Shown here one piece after another: positions 18,359 to 28,156 of a DNA stretch of 64,000 nucleotides. Every line of letters starts with the position of its first letter. Within the stretch, counting starts at the first letter, position 1. The DNA is taken from NCBI GenBank assembly GCA_965218435.1, contig CBDCKW010000009.1, positions 3,488,001 through 3,552,000 on the forward strand. The letters run 5' to 3'. This DNA comes from Truepera sp. (GTDB taxonomy: Bacteria > Deinococcota > Deinococci > Deinococcales > Trueperaceae). The position numbers and the translations under genes were made by a program. Under the pieces are notes generated by a model that saw only the letters and a program-made list of their open reading frames with translations, was not told the DNA's origin and did not search any database.

Positions 18359-21300
18359 ATGAAAAGGTATATGTGGCTCGTCGCCTTCGTTCTGGGGGCC
18401 TGCAATCTGGTACCGCAGGGCGCGCCGGAGGGCGTCACCACGATAGAACCCACCGCCGGACACGCCTACGATTTTGTCTTGAAGTGGGGAACTAAAGGCG
18501 ATGGTAACGGGCAGTTCCAGCTACCACACGGCGTCGCTGTAGACGGTAGCGGCAACGTGTATGTGGCGGATCAAAGCAACAACCGCATCCAGAAGTTCAA
18601 TTCAAGCGGCGACTTCATCACCAAGTGGGGAACTGAAGGTAGTGATGACGGGCAGTTCCAAATCCCACGGGGCGTGGCTGTAGACGGTAGCGGCAACGTG
18701 TTTGTGGCGGATAGTAACAACAACCGCATACAGAAATTTGCTCCTGCCAAAGACAAGGACCCGCAGACCATAACCTTCGGCGAGTTGGCGGGCAAGACCT
18801 ACGGCGGTGCACCCTTTACCGTCACCGCCACGGCCTCGTCCGGCTTGCCCGTAGCGTTCGCTTCGGACACCCCCGGCGTCTGTACGGTCTCGACGACCTC
18901 AGAGGGCGGTACCGTGACCCTGGTGGCGGCGGGGACTTGTACCGTGACCGCCTCGCAAGCCGGGAACGACGACTATGGGGCTGCCGCACCCGTCTCCCGG
19001 AGCTTCGCCGTCGCTAAGGCGAACCAGACCGTAAGCTTTACCAGTGCGGCTCCGGACGGGGCTACGGTGGGCGGCTCGTACCCGGTCGAAGTCGGTGTCA
19101 GCTCAGGCTTACCGGTGGCGCTGAGCGCGGGTCCCGAAGCGGTCTGTACCCTAGACGAGAGCACCGTCACCTTTGTCGGTGCGGGCGAGTGTACGGTGCG
19201 TGCGAACCAGGCCGGAAACGCCAACTACAACGCCGCGCCGGAGGTTACGCAAACCCTCAGTGTCGTTAGGGCGACCACACCCTCCATCCTCACGGCGGTG
19301 TCGGGCTCGGGAACCTACGGAGACAGCGCCACCCTGCGCGCCACCTTGCAGGCGAATGGGGACGCAATTAAAGGCAAAACCGTGAGCTTTACGCTGAACG
19401 GTACCCCAGTCGGAGATGACGTCACCGACGACGACGGGAACGCCACCCTCACGGGCGTAGACCTCACGGGTGTGGACGTAGGTACTCAGACGGGCGCGGT
19501 GACGGCGAGCTTTGCGGGCGACGACGGCATCGGCGGGAGCAGCGAGAGCGGCGACTTGACGGTAGCAAAGGCGGATCAGACGCCCGCCTTTGCCGAGGGC
19601 ATCCCAACGACAGCTGAGCGGGGCAGCAGCGCCACGCTCGAAGTCAGCTCGGCTACGGCCACACCGATCACCTTGAGCAGCGCGGGGAGCGCCTGCACGG
19701 TTTCAGGGCTCGAGGTGTCGTTCGTCGAAGTCGGTAACTGCACCCTGACGGCCGTGCAGGCCGAGACCGCCAACTACAACTTCGGGACGGCCACCCACAC
19801 GGTTGAGGTGGTTCAGACGCTCACCGATACTACCCTGACGAACGTCTCCGGCTCGGGAACTTACGGAGACAGCGCCACTCTGCGCGCCACCTTGCAGGCG
19901 AATGGGGACGTAATTAAAGGCAAAACCGTAAGCTTTACGCTGAACGGTACCCCGGTCGGGGATGACACGACCGATGCGAACGGGGACGCCACCTTGGCGT
20001 TAGACCTTACAGGTGTAAACGCCGGGACGTATACCGACGCGGTGTCGGCGAGCTTTGCGGGTGACGATGAGGACGCTTTAGCTGCGAGCGAGGCGCTCGG
20101 CACCCTGAACGTGACCAAGGCCGACCAGACCCTCTCGTTCAGCTCCGAACCACCGACGAACGCTCGAGTCGGCGGCAGCTACACCGTGAGCGCGGACGCC
20201 ACCTCCGGCCTGCCGGTGTTTTACCGCTCGGCGACCCCGGCGGTGTGTACCGTCCTGGCGAGCACCGTAAACTTCGTGGGTGCCGGGGAGTGCGTAGTAG
20301 CGGCCAACCAGCCGGGAAATGGGAACTACAACGCCGCTCCGGAAATTACCCAGCGCACCACCGTCGCCGCTTCAACAGACGGCACAGCCCTCAGCGTCTC
20401 CGGTGCGGGTACCTACGGCGGCGCGGGCACGCTTACAGCGACGCTCACCACGGGCGGCACACCGCTCTCGGGCAAGTCGGTCGCTTTTACGCTCAGCGGC
20501 AACGCTGTAGGCAGTGCGACGACGAACGGCAGCGGCGTGGCGACCCTTAGCGGGGTGGGTCTCGGCGGTGTGGACGCGGGCAGCTATGCGGACGCGGTCG
20601 GCGCGAGCTTCGCGGGCGACGGTACTTTTGACCCGACCCTCGGTTCGGGTACCTTGAACGTGAACAAAGCCGCTCAGAGCGTCTCGTTTACCTCCACGCC
20701 CCCGTCGAGCGCCGAAGTGGGCGGTAGCTACACCGTCGCAGCGACGGCGACCTCGGCGCTGCCCGTCTCCTTCTCGTCGGACTCGAGCGCCTGTACCGTC
20801 TCGAGTGAGACCGTCACCTTTACTTCGGCGGGTAGCTGCACCGTGCGCGCTACCCAAGCGGGGAACACCAACTACGAGGCCGCGTTCGCAACGCAAAACG
20901 TCACCGTTCAGGAGCCTGCGCCCCCCACGGCTACCAGCGACCTCTACACCGTCACCTTCGACGGTCTCACCCCCGGGCGCATCATCTCGAACGTCGCCTT
21001 GAACCAGGGTATCGTCAGCGCTACGGGCGACCGCACCGACAAGGTGTACGTCTACGCTCGGCGCAGAAATCGGAGCGGCAACGTAGCGATGGTCACGGGC
21101 TCAGACCGGGAACTCCTCATCAGCAAAGACGGCAGGAGTCAGACAAGCTACACTAGGGGCGGATACATCGGCTTCCTCTTTAGAAACTTTGGCGCGGTAG
21201 ACGTGAACACGTTAGAGGTCTCGGGTGTCACCAAAGGTGGCGGGAACGTATCGCTGTTCCGAGGAAGTCGTCGGGTTCGCTCGTTCGCCATTCCCAAAAC

Positions 21301-21415
21301 AGGCGCTTCGGGCAGCGCGACGATCAGTATCGACGCCGAAGACATCGGGCTCGTGGTCGTCACCCTCGGGGGACCCGGTAGAGTAGACGATCTGTCCTTC
21401 GAGGCGAACCGATGA
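18359..21415 (+). CDS. Large surface lipoprotein: 2 NHL repeats + ~8 Ig-like repeats + C-terminal beta domain
   Basis: Lipobox VLGAC. FQ.P.GVAVDGSGNV.VAD..NNRIQKF twice. Repeated QT..F...SGLPV...CTV...G.CTV.A.QAGN.NY and SGSGTYG..ATL.ATL modules. Confidence 0.88.
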   Translation: MKRYMWLVAFVLGACNLVPQGAPEGVTTIEPTAGHAYDFVLKWGTKGDGNGQFQLPHGVAVDGSGNVYVADQSNNRIQKFNSSGDFITKWGTEGSDDGQFQIPRGVAVDGSGNVFVADSNNNRIQKFAPAKDKDPQTITFGELAGKTYGGAPFTVTATASSGLPVAFASDTPGVCTVSTTSEGGTVTLVAAGTCTVTASQAGNDDYGAAAPVSRSFAVAKANQTVSFTSAAPDGATVGGSYPVEVGVSSGLPVALSAGPEAVCTLDESTVTFVGAGECTVRANQAGNANYNAAPEVTQTLSVVRATTPSILTAVSGSGTYGDSATLRATLQANGDAIKGKTVSFTLNGTPVGDDVTDDDGNATLTGVDLTGVDVGTQTGAVTASFAGDDGIGGSSESGDLTVAKADQTPAFAEGIPTTAERGSSATLEVSSATATPITLSSAGSACTVSGLEVSFVEVGNCTLTAVQAETANYNFGTATHTVEVVQTLTDTTLTNVSGSGTYGDSATLRATLQANGDVIKGKTVSFTLNGTPVGDDTTDANGDATLALDLTGVNAGTYTDAVSASFAGDDEDALAASEALGTLNVTKADQTLSFSSEPPTNARVGGSYTVSADATSGLPVFYRSATPAVCTVLASTVNFVGAGECVVAANQPGNGNYNAAPEITQRTTVAASTDGTALSVSGAGTYGGAGTLTATLTTGGTPLSGKSVAFTLSGNAVGSATTNGSGVATLSGVGLGGVDAGSYADAVGASFAGDGTFDPTLGSGTLNVNKAAQSVSFTSTPPSSAEVGGSYTVAATATSALPVSFSSDSSACTVSSETVTFTSAGSCTVRATQAGNTNYEAAFATQNVTVQEPAPPTATSDLYTVTFDGLTPGRIISNVALNQGIVSATGDRTDKVYVYARRRNRSGNVAMVTGSDRELLISKDGRSQTSYTRGGYIGFLFRNFGAVDVNTLEVSGVTKGGGNVSLFRGSRRVRSFAIPKTGASGSATISIDAEDIGLVVVTLGGPGRVDDLSFEANR

Positions 21416-21454
21416 GGTGAAAGAGTCCGCAAGGTAAAACCCGACCGCAGACAG

Positions 21455-21483
21455 AGTGCCGGACGTTCCGGCACTTCTTCTTT
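21455..21483 (+). terminator. Intrinsic terminator
   Basis: AGTGCCGGA-cgt-TCCGGCACT followed by a T-rich tail. Confidence 0.75.
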
Positions 21484-21738
21484 GAGCCCTCAAGCAAACG
21501 ACGCTGCGGCCTAGGCAGCGTACATGAGCTCAGCACTTCGCTGACCAGCTACGACGTGGATGACACGACCGACCCCACGCGAGTTCATCTCATGATGCGG
21601 TAGTTAAGAGGCGTCGTCATCAGCTGAAAACCCGTTTTCAGAGCTGAGCTACCCTTTAGACCGGGATTTGCTGCACTGGCCTTAGCAGACCCTATAGGGG
21701 CAGGCTACGCTGACTTAGCTTCCGAAAAAATCTCGGTA

Positions 21739-22572
21739 CTATCCGAGCGACTCAGGAGCGGCCCAGGTGTATAGCGCATTGACAGGGATAGGCGGTCCGA
21801 AGACGCTGCCCTGCTGAACAAGGCAACCAAGGGCGTGAAATTGCTCTAGCTGCCCTTTGGAGTCTATCCCGCACGCTACGACGGTCGTATCGAGTAAAGA
21901 CGCGATCTCGAGCACACTTCTAAGGAGCAGTAGTGGGTAGTGGGGGTTATGGAGGGGACGAGCCAAACGTTTTGCGATAGAAGCGTCCAGCAAGACGGTC
22001 GTAAAGTCGATTTCCTCAAAACACTCGAGTGACGCCTGTTGACCGCCGAAATCACTTAACGCCAAGCCAACACCCCAACGAGACAGGTCTGCAAGCCACC
22101 GCTTTGTTTCTTTCGAGACTACGGCGAGTTCGCTTGCATTTATGGTGAGTTCAAGATGCTGCGGGGTTAAATTGGCCACCATCAAAGCCTGCTCGACAGC
22201 GTTCAACAAGGGTCTGCCAATGTTACAAACGCTTATCGGAAAACAGACGGTGCGCTTTTCTGAGGTGACGACCTGTTTAGCCCCAAGACATGCCTGAATA
22301 AGAAAAGAGGTTGCTATAGCTGTAACGTCGCCAAGAGAAGTCGGCGCTAGCTTAGCTGTTGTCGTTGCAAATTCGTGATCCGATGTAGTGTGACTAAACG
22401 CGAGTTTAACTGCCCTTAAGGTCTCGACATCGACCACAGGCAAGAAATAAAAAATACCCCGTCCGCTCTGAACGGTTTTATCAGGGATTGCCTTACCCTG
22501 CACTGAAGCTGTCTCGTCAGCGTTTCGCAAGTGAACTGCGGCATCTGTAGGGGGATGATCCGGTTTGCACAT
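21739..22572 (-). CDS. Degenerate EAL-domain protein
   Basis: EAL-fold motifs are recognisable (HLELTI, GVGLALSDFG, VVACGID, LGCLVQQG...GPP), but EAL, DDFG, the KID Lys and AEGVE are altered. Start ATG 22572. Confidence 0.8.
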   Translation of the reverse strand: MCKPDHPPTDAAVHLRNADETASVQGKAIPDKTVQSGRGIFYFLPVVDVETLRAVKLAFSHTTSDHEFATTTAKLAPTSLGDVTAIATSFLIQACLGAKQVVTSEKRTVCFPISVCNIGRPLLNAVEQALMVANLTPQHLELTINASELAVVSKETKRWLADLSRWGVGLALSDFGGQQASLECFEEIDFTTVLLDASIAKRLARPLHNPHYPLLLLRSVLEIASLLDTTVVACGIDSKGQLEQFHALGCLVQQGSVFGPPIPVNALYTWAAPESLG

Positions 22573-22577
22573 AAAAG

Positions 22578-22611
22578 AGTTTGTCAAACAAGGTCCGACC
22601 AACTCCCGACC
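22578..22611 (-). promoter_or_regulatory. Direct-repeat promoter site 4: GGTCGG-gagtt-GGTCGG-N11-CAAACT, 5 nt before ATG
   Basis: CCGACC at 22595-600 and 22606-11 on the plus strand; -10-like hexamer at 22583-22578. Confidence 0.75.
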
Positions 22612-23150
22612 ACCCCTCTGGTGCAGTTAGGTTGTCCAAAGTTACAGACTAAGACCACCCGAGAGTAAGCACCATACGCAAGGTATTCCTATGCTGTTTG
22701 ACAAAAAGCTTAGCGGCGTCGAGAGTTTGGGAAAACAGTCCTCTAAAAACAACAGGTTGAGGCTTCGTTTGAAGATGGTACAGGCGCTCAGGGCGATCTT
22801 CTTGTCTGTCGTGACGGTATCTACTCACGCACCCGGAAGCTTGTTTTCCCGAGAGCCCAAAACCTTCGTACCTTAGAATGTGCCAGGTAACTTAGCTGTT
22901 GGACGCTGGGACGCTGACAATTTGCCAGCGAATTGGAAAGAAATAAGGAATCGCTGGGAGGTTTTTCAGGGCTTGCGGTCCTGGTTGTTTCTGCTTGATT
23001 TTGTGCTGTTGTGCTTGGCTATTACGCTGTATTCGTAAAAGTGTGACTCTTATGCGGTAGTTGAGCGCAAATACTGCTGTAGCAATGAGACACCAGGCGA
23101 AAGACGCCTGTAAAGGTCTTTAGTGTACTGAGTATGTTACCCACTAAAAC

Positions 23151-24545
23151 CTAATCAGTAAGCGGTAGCCGCACCGTAAAGTGCGTTTCCCCCGGTTTTG
23201 AGTCTACCCGCACCGTCCCGTGATGCCGTCTCGAGACGATGCGCTCGACAATATCGAGCCCCAAGCCGGTTCCTTCACCGACGCCCTTAGTCGTAAAGAA
23301 CGGCTCAAAGATACGCGCTTGCACCTCCGCGGGAATACCGGGACCGTCGTCGGCCACGTCTACACAGGCGTAGTTGCCGGACGCGTCGAGCGACGCACTC
23401 AGCGTGACGGTGCCGCCCTCGGGCGCAGCCGCAACAGCGTTGTCGAGCAAGTTCGTCCAGACCTGATTAAGTTCTGCGCCGTAGGCCGGGACAGGGGGCA
23501 GCTCAGCGAGTTGTTTAACGAGCTTGAGGTCTTTTTTCTTAAACTTGTATTTGAGGATGGTCAAGGTGTCGTACAGACCTTGTTTAAGGTCGGTCGGACG
23601 TTTTTCTTGCGCCTGATCCATATATGAATACGCCTTCATCGCGCCGACGAGTTCCGAGATGCGCCGCGTACTCTCTAAGAGCTCACCGACTAAGAGCCGC
23701 ATCTCGACGTCGCGGGGAATCCACTCGAGCACATTCTTCGCCTGTTCTTCGGTCACAGCTGTCATAAAGGGCTCGAGCACGTCCCGCGTCAGGCCGCCTG
23801 CGACGAGGGTTGCAGCCGCGTCCCACGGTTTATGAACGCCTTGTTCCTCTAAAAAGTCACCGAGGTCGTCTTCTAACTCACTTTGTTCGACGACGCCCCG
23901 GGCCGGACTCGTTAGGGTCATGACGTCGTAGATGGGGCTGAAAGGGTCACCGCCCAAAGGTCTGGATTTGAATACGACTTCTGCAAGAATTTTAGACGAG
24001 TGTTCATCAAAACTTTGGAGCGTTTCTAACAGCGTTTGCGCCGCGCGGTGCGCCGCCGCTGCCGGGTTATTGAGTTCGTGCGCCAACCCCGCCGACATCG
24101 TACCGAGCGAGACGAGCTTCTCCTGCTGTTCGCTCAGCCGGGTGTACTCGCGTGTCCGGTCGAGCATCAAGCTGATCAGGCGTTCTAACAGCCCCGGCGC
24201 GTGCGCGTGCATCTCGGGAAAGTGGTCGCGGTGCAGGGTGGCACTTTGTAAGGGTAGCGTGGCCCGCCCGACGCCTGCTGAAGCTTTCATCCTCGAGTAC
24301 GGCAAGCGCCCGGTAATTTCGCCCGCCAACACCGAGACGTAAGCGACCTCGCGGCCCCCCTCATAGAGGCTGATCTCCAGCCGGCCCGAGAGGATAATCC
24401 TGAGCGCGTCAATGTCGTCGCCCTGCTTAAAGATAACCGCGCCTGCGTCGTCTTGATGGAGCGTGCAGTGCGCGGCGAGCCACGCTAAATCCCTTTCCGG
24501 TAGGTCGGAAAGTGCTGGGACACCGGCAAAGTCAAATGCCTTCAC
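23151..24545 (-). CDS. Sensor histidine kinase with N-terminal cyclic-nucleotide-binding domain
   Basis: cNMP-like IFKQGD...GEITG; H-box [12 protein letters not shown]1, F and G2 boxes ([26 protein letters not shown]). Confidence 0.92.
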   Translation of the reverse strand: MKAFDFAGVPALSDLPERDLAWLAAHCTLHQDDAGAVIFKQGDDIDALRIILSGRLEISLYEGGREVAYVSVLAGEITGRLPYSRMKASAGVGRATLPLQSATLHRDHFPEMHAHAPGLLERLISLMLDRTREYTRLSEQQEKLVSLGTMSAGLAHELNNPAAAAHRAAQTLLETLQSFDEHSSKILAEVVFKSRPLGGDPFSPIYDVMTLTSPARGVVEQSELEDDLGDFLEEQGVHKPWDAAATLVAGGLTRDVLEPFMTAVTEEQAKNVLEWIPRDVEMRLLVGELLESTRRISELVGAMKAYSYMDQAQEKRPTDLKQGLYDTLTILKYKFKKKDLKLVKQLAELPPVPAYGAELNQVWTNLLDNAVAAAPEGGTVTLSASLDASGNYACVDVADDGPGIPAEVQARIFEPFFTTKGVGEGTGLGLDIVERIVSRRHHGTVRVDSKPGETHFTVRLPLTD

Positions 24546-26200
24546 GCGCCGACCTCAGCCAGATACTGATGGACAAACTGCACCGCAATCGAACCCTCAC
24601 CGACCGCCGAGGCGACCCGTTTCACCGACCCTGCCCGTACGTCGCCAGCTGCAAACACACCGGGAACGCTGGTCTCGAGCAAAAAAGGGGGGCGCTCGAG
24701 CGGCCACGCGCCGATTTTTTGCGTCTGCAAACCCGTATAGATAAAGCCGTTGGGGTCACGCGCCACTTCAGCTGTTCCGGCTGCGCCGCCCAACCAGTCG
24801 GTCCGGGGTGACGCGCCGATAAAGATAAACAGGCCGCTCGAGGCGACCTCCTGTTCATCGCCGTTACAAAGCAGCGTCAGAGACCCCAAGTGCCCGTCCC
24901 CGTGAACGGCTTTGACCTCGGCGCGGAGGAACAAGTGGATATTGTCGGCCGCGTAAAGCTGTTCGACCAAATACTGCGACATCTTCGCGCCTAAACTGTC
25001 TCCCCGCACGAGGAGCGTGACCGAAGCAGCGTAGCGAGACAAGTACAGCGCGGCCTGCCCCGCCGAGTTCCCGGCTCCGACGATATGCACCGTCGCACCC
25101 TCGTACGCCGCCGCTTCAGAGACCGACGAACCGTAGTAAACGCCCGCCCCGGTGAGCGCCTCGGCTCCGGGCAACGTAAGCTTGCGGTATGACACCCCCG
25201 TCGCCACAACGAGCGCGTGGCAGCTCAGCGAACCGCCACCCCCCAAGCTGAGCACCTTGTAGTCGCCCTCGAGACTGAGCTGTTCGACGCCTCTAGGTGC
25301 CACGATCTCCGCGCCGAATTTGCGGGCTTGCGTCGTCGCGCGCCGTGTCAGGTCGCCGCCGGAGAGCCCGACCGGAAACCCTAAATAGTTTTCAATCCGC
25401 GAGCTCGTCCCCGCTTGACCGCCGGGTGCGTCGGCGTCTAAGAGCGCCACTCTGAGCCCTTCGGACGCGCCGTACACGGCGGCGGCTAACCCCGCCGGTC
25501 CCGCGCCGACGATCACGAGGTCGTAAAAGCTTTGTTCGGCCTGCGTCTGCAGTCCCGCACGTTCAGCGACCTCGGCCGTACTCGGACGAGCTAGGCGGGT
25601 ACCGTCTTCTAAAATCACCAGCGGCAGGTCGCTCGGCGCGGCGTTCCCCAAGAGCGCCGCCGCCTCGCCGCCGCTCTCGACGTCGAACCAGCGGTACGGG
25701 ACGCCGTGCCGCGCTAAAAAGTCGCGCAGGGTGTAACCGCCTGCGTCCCAACGTGTGCCGATGATCCGCAGCCCTGAAAAGGCGGGCCGGTAGTCGGCGG
25801 TCCAGTCGTCTAAGAGGTCGTCTAGTACCGGGTAGAGCTGCGTCTCGGGCGGGTCCCACGGTTTAAGCAAATAGTAGTGAATCCGGCTCTGATTGATGGC
25901 GGCGATGGCCGCGCCGGTGTCGGCGTAGGCGGTCAGCATCACCCGTTTGGCGTCGGGGTAGAGCGTCATAGCCTCCTCTAGAAACGCGACCCCGTTCATC
26001 CGGGGCATCCGCTGGTCAACTAAAAAGAGCGCCACGGGGTCGCCCCGGTCTTTAAGGTCTTGCAGCGCAGACAGCGCCGTCTCGCCGCTGTCAGCCCGGA
26101 CGATGCGAAAGTTCTCGCCGTACTGCCGCCGCAGGTCGCGGCTTACTGCGCTCAGCACCTGCGGATCGTCGTCAACGCTCATAATGACGGGTTTAGGCAT
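24542..26200 (-). CDS. Response-regulator receiver fused to thioredoxin-reductase-like FAD oxidoreductase
   Basis: VDDD...LVDQRMP...LTAY...KPW receiver; GAGPAG, SSRIENYLGFP, GAGNSAGQA and FAAGDVR. Confidence 0.92.
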   Translation of the reverse strand: MPKPVIMSVDDDPQVLSAVSRDLRRQYGENFRIVRADSGETALSALQDLKDRGDPVALFLVDQRMPRMNGVAFLEEAMTLYPDAKRVMLTAYADTGAAIAAINQSRIHYYLLKPWDPPETQLYPVLDDLLDDWTADYRPAFSGLRIIGTRWDAGGYTLRDFLARHGVPYRWFDVESGGEAAALLGNAAPSDLPLVILEDGTRLARPSTAEVAERAGLQTQAEQSFYDLVIVGAGPAGLAAAVYGASEGLRVALLDADAPGGQAGTSSRIENYLGFPVGLSGGDLTRRATTQARKFGAEIVAPRGVEQLSLEGDYKVLSLGGGGSLSCHALVVATGVSYRKLTLPGAEALTGAGVYYGSSVSEAAAYEGATVHIVGAGNSAGQAALYLSRYAASVTLLVRGDSLGAKMSQYLVEQLYAADNIHLFLRAEVKAVHGDGHLGSLTLLCNGDEQEVASSGLFIFIGASPRTDWLGGAAGTAEVARDPNGFIYTGLQTQKIGAWPLERPPFLLETSVPGVFAAGDVRAGSVKRVASAVGEGSIAVQFVHQYLAEVGA

Positions 26201-26405
26201 CAGAAACGCGTACCACTCAAGAGGTCGGGTAGACGCTGCACTTTTGTGGGAGTACCTTGCATAAGTAAGCGTACTCCGTCAGATGTCTCTTTTAGGTTGT
26301 GAGCTTAGCGTTCGGTCAGCTCTGCGGTCAGGCAACCTCGAGTATGCTGGGCTAGGTTCTGCTGCTCGAGCAGGTTTTAGCAGACTCAGTGAGCAGGCAA
26401 ATAAT

Positions 26406-27233
26406 ATGAGCGCAACCAAAACCACACCCAATACCAGCCTTAGCGCCGAACACCTGACCTTGGCGTATGACCAGAGCGCCATCGTCAGAGACCTGGGCGT
26501 GAGGGTTCCGCCGGGAAAGATCACCGCGCTCGTCGGGCCGAACGGGTGCGGCAAGTCAACCCTACTGCGCGGCCTGGCGCGGCTCTTAAAACCTAAAAGC
26601 GGCGCGGTCTATTTAGACGGTGAGATGCTCTCCAAACTTTCAACCAAGGCAGCAGCAAAAAAATTGAGTATTTTGCCTCAAGGTCCGACCGCCCCTGAAG
26701 GGCTGAGCGTACGCGAACTCGCCGTACAAGGGCGGTACCCGCACACCGGGTTTTTCGGCGGCTGGTCGCCCGAAGATGAGGCGGCTGTCGTGTGGGCGCT
26801 CACGACGACGCGGATGTTGGCGTTGGCCGATAGGCCGCTTACGTCCCTTTCCGGCGGGCAACGTCAGCGGGCTTGGATTGCGATGACGCTCGCGCAGGCG
26901 ACGCCGATTCTCTTGTTGGACGAACCCACGACGTTTTTAGATATGGCGCACCAAGTCGAGGTCTTGTCGCTTTTGGACGAACTCAACACCCGCGAGGGCC
27001 GCACTATCGTCATGGTTTTGCACGACATCAACCAGGCGTGCCGTTACGCACATCAGCTAATTGCGCTCAAAGACGGGGCAATCGTAGCGCAAGGCAGCCC
27101 CAGCGAGGTGGTTGACGAGGCGTTGTTAGAGGCTGTTTTCGGGCTCGAGTGCCGCGTCGTTCCCGATCCGGTAAGCGGGACGCCGCTCTGTTTGCCGCAG
27201 AGCTACCCGCAAAGAGCTACCGCTAAAGTGTAA
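26406..27233 (+). CDS. Iron-siderophore/cobalamin ABC transporter ATP-binding protein (FepC/FecE-like)
   Basis: [25 protein letters not shown] and VLHDINQA motifs. Confidence 0.92.
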   Translation: MSATKTTPNTSLSAEHLTLAYDQSAIVRDLGVRVPPGKITALVGPNGCGKSTLLRGLARLLKPKSGAVYLDGEMLSKLSTKAAAKKLSILPQGPTAPEGLSVRELAVQGRYPHTGFFGGWSPEDEAAVVWALTTTRMLALADRPLTSLSGGQRQRAWIAMTLAQATPILLLDEPTTFLDMAHQVEVLSLLDELNTREGRTIVMVLHDINQACRYAHQLIALKDGAIVAQGSPSEVVDEALLEAVFGLECRVVPDPVSGTPLCLPQSYPQRATAKV

Positions 27234-27379
27234 ACTCGAGCGGAACTAAGCTGTCTTGGCCTGTTCTTGTCACCACGTTTCGAGCAAGTGAGAGATACGG
27301 GTTTTTTCTCTAAACAAGCACCTTCTGGATACTGACTTTTCCTATAACCGCACGCTGCAATCCAACTGCCTCTAAAAAT

Positions 27380-27907
27380 CTAAGACTCTTTACGCCTCGA
27401 GCTGACCTTCGTCAGTTTCTTTGGCGTCACGTCCGACTTGGGGATGATCGAAATCGTCCCGTTGACCTCTAATACGGCGGTTTCAACGTCACTCAAATCT
27501 GCCACGCCGTGAGCGCGGGCGGCCTCCCCCAAGTCATCTACGCTGATACCCTCATGTCGGAGCTTCTCCTCTGCGACCTTGCCCTGATAGACGAGGATGA
27601 CAGGTTGAGACTCGAGCCGTTTGCGGAGGCCCGGTACACGGGTGCTCACACGGTATAAAATCAGCAGCGTCGCAGCGCCCAAAATCCCGCCCAAGGTGCT
27701 GTCGTCAGGGCCGATCATCGCGTTTTGCACGACGTTCGATAAAAGTAGCAGCGTCACCAAGTCAATGGTTGAGAGTTGGCCGAACTGCTGTCCGCCGCTC
27801 AGCCGCAGCAATACGAGCAGCGCGGTGTAGACGATAGCGACGCGTAAAACCGTAAAGAGGACGGTCAAGCCGTCGCCAGAGAGCAGTTGAAGGTGAGAGG
27901 CGTCCAC
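27380..27907 (-). CDS. DUF421/YetF family membrane protein
   Basis: LLRLSG..QFGQLS..DLV and AVLE.NG.ISII pattern. Confidence 0.85.
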   Translation of the reverse strand: MDASHLQLLSGDGLTVLFTVLRVAIVYTALLVLLRLSGGQQFGQLSTIDLVTLLLLSNVVQNAMIGPDDSTLGGILGAATLLILYRVSTRVPGLRKRLESQPVILVYQGKVAEEKLRHEGISVDDLGEAARAHGVADLSDVETAVLEVNGTISIIPKSDVTPKKLTKVSSRRKES

Positions 27908-27926
27908 GGCTTACTCTCCTGCTCTG

Positions 27927-28148
27927 TTACTCAGTTTTTGACTTCGCTGCGTGTTTCAGGGAGAGAGCTGCCAGCTCAGTTTGGGCGTAGTGGAGCTGCC
28001 CGGTCGCGGCCCACGCGTGTGCGCAACCTCTCGGTACCTCGCACTCTCTGAGATGTCCAGCTGTGACGCGTAAATGCTTGGCGGCAGTCTCGAGTTCGGC
28101 TGCCACACTTTCGTACTGCTGGGCTGTCGTCTCAAAGATGTCGGGCAT
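27927..28148 (-). CDS. Small hypothetical protein
   Basis: RBS GGAGG before ATG 28148; EVPRGCAHAWA; operon position. Confidence 0.65.
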   Translation of the reverse strand: MPDIFETTAQQYESVAAELETAAKHLRVTAGHLRECEVPRGCAHAWAATGQLHYAQTELAALSLKHAAKSKTE

Positions 28149-28156
28149 AAACCTCC

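Noticed and set aside
17578..18463. Long minus-strand ORFs 17578-18453 and 17942-18463
   Set aside because: Arg/Pro/Ser-rich with no motifs; they overlap two real plus-strand genes.
21540..21660. Possible second IS5 3' remnant (VHLMMR*L followed by TTTTCAGA...CCCTTTAG)
   Set aside because: Similarity too short to support by eye.
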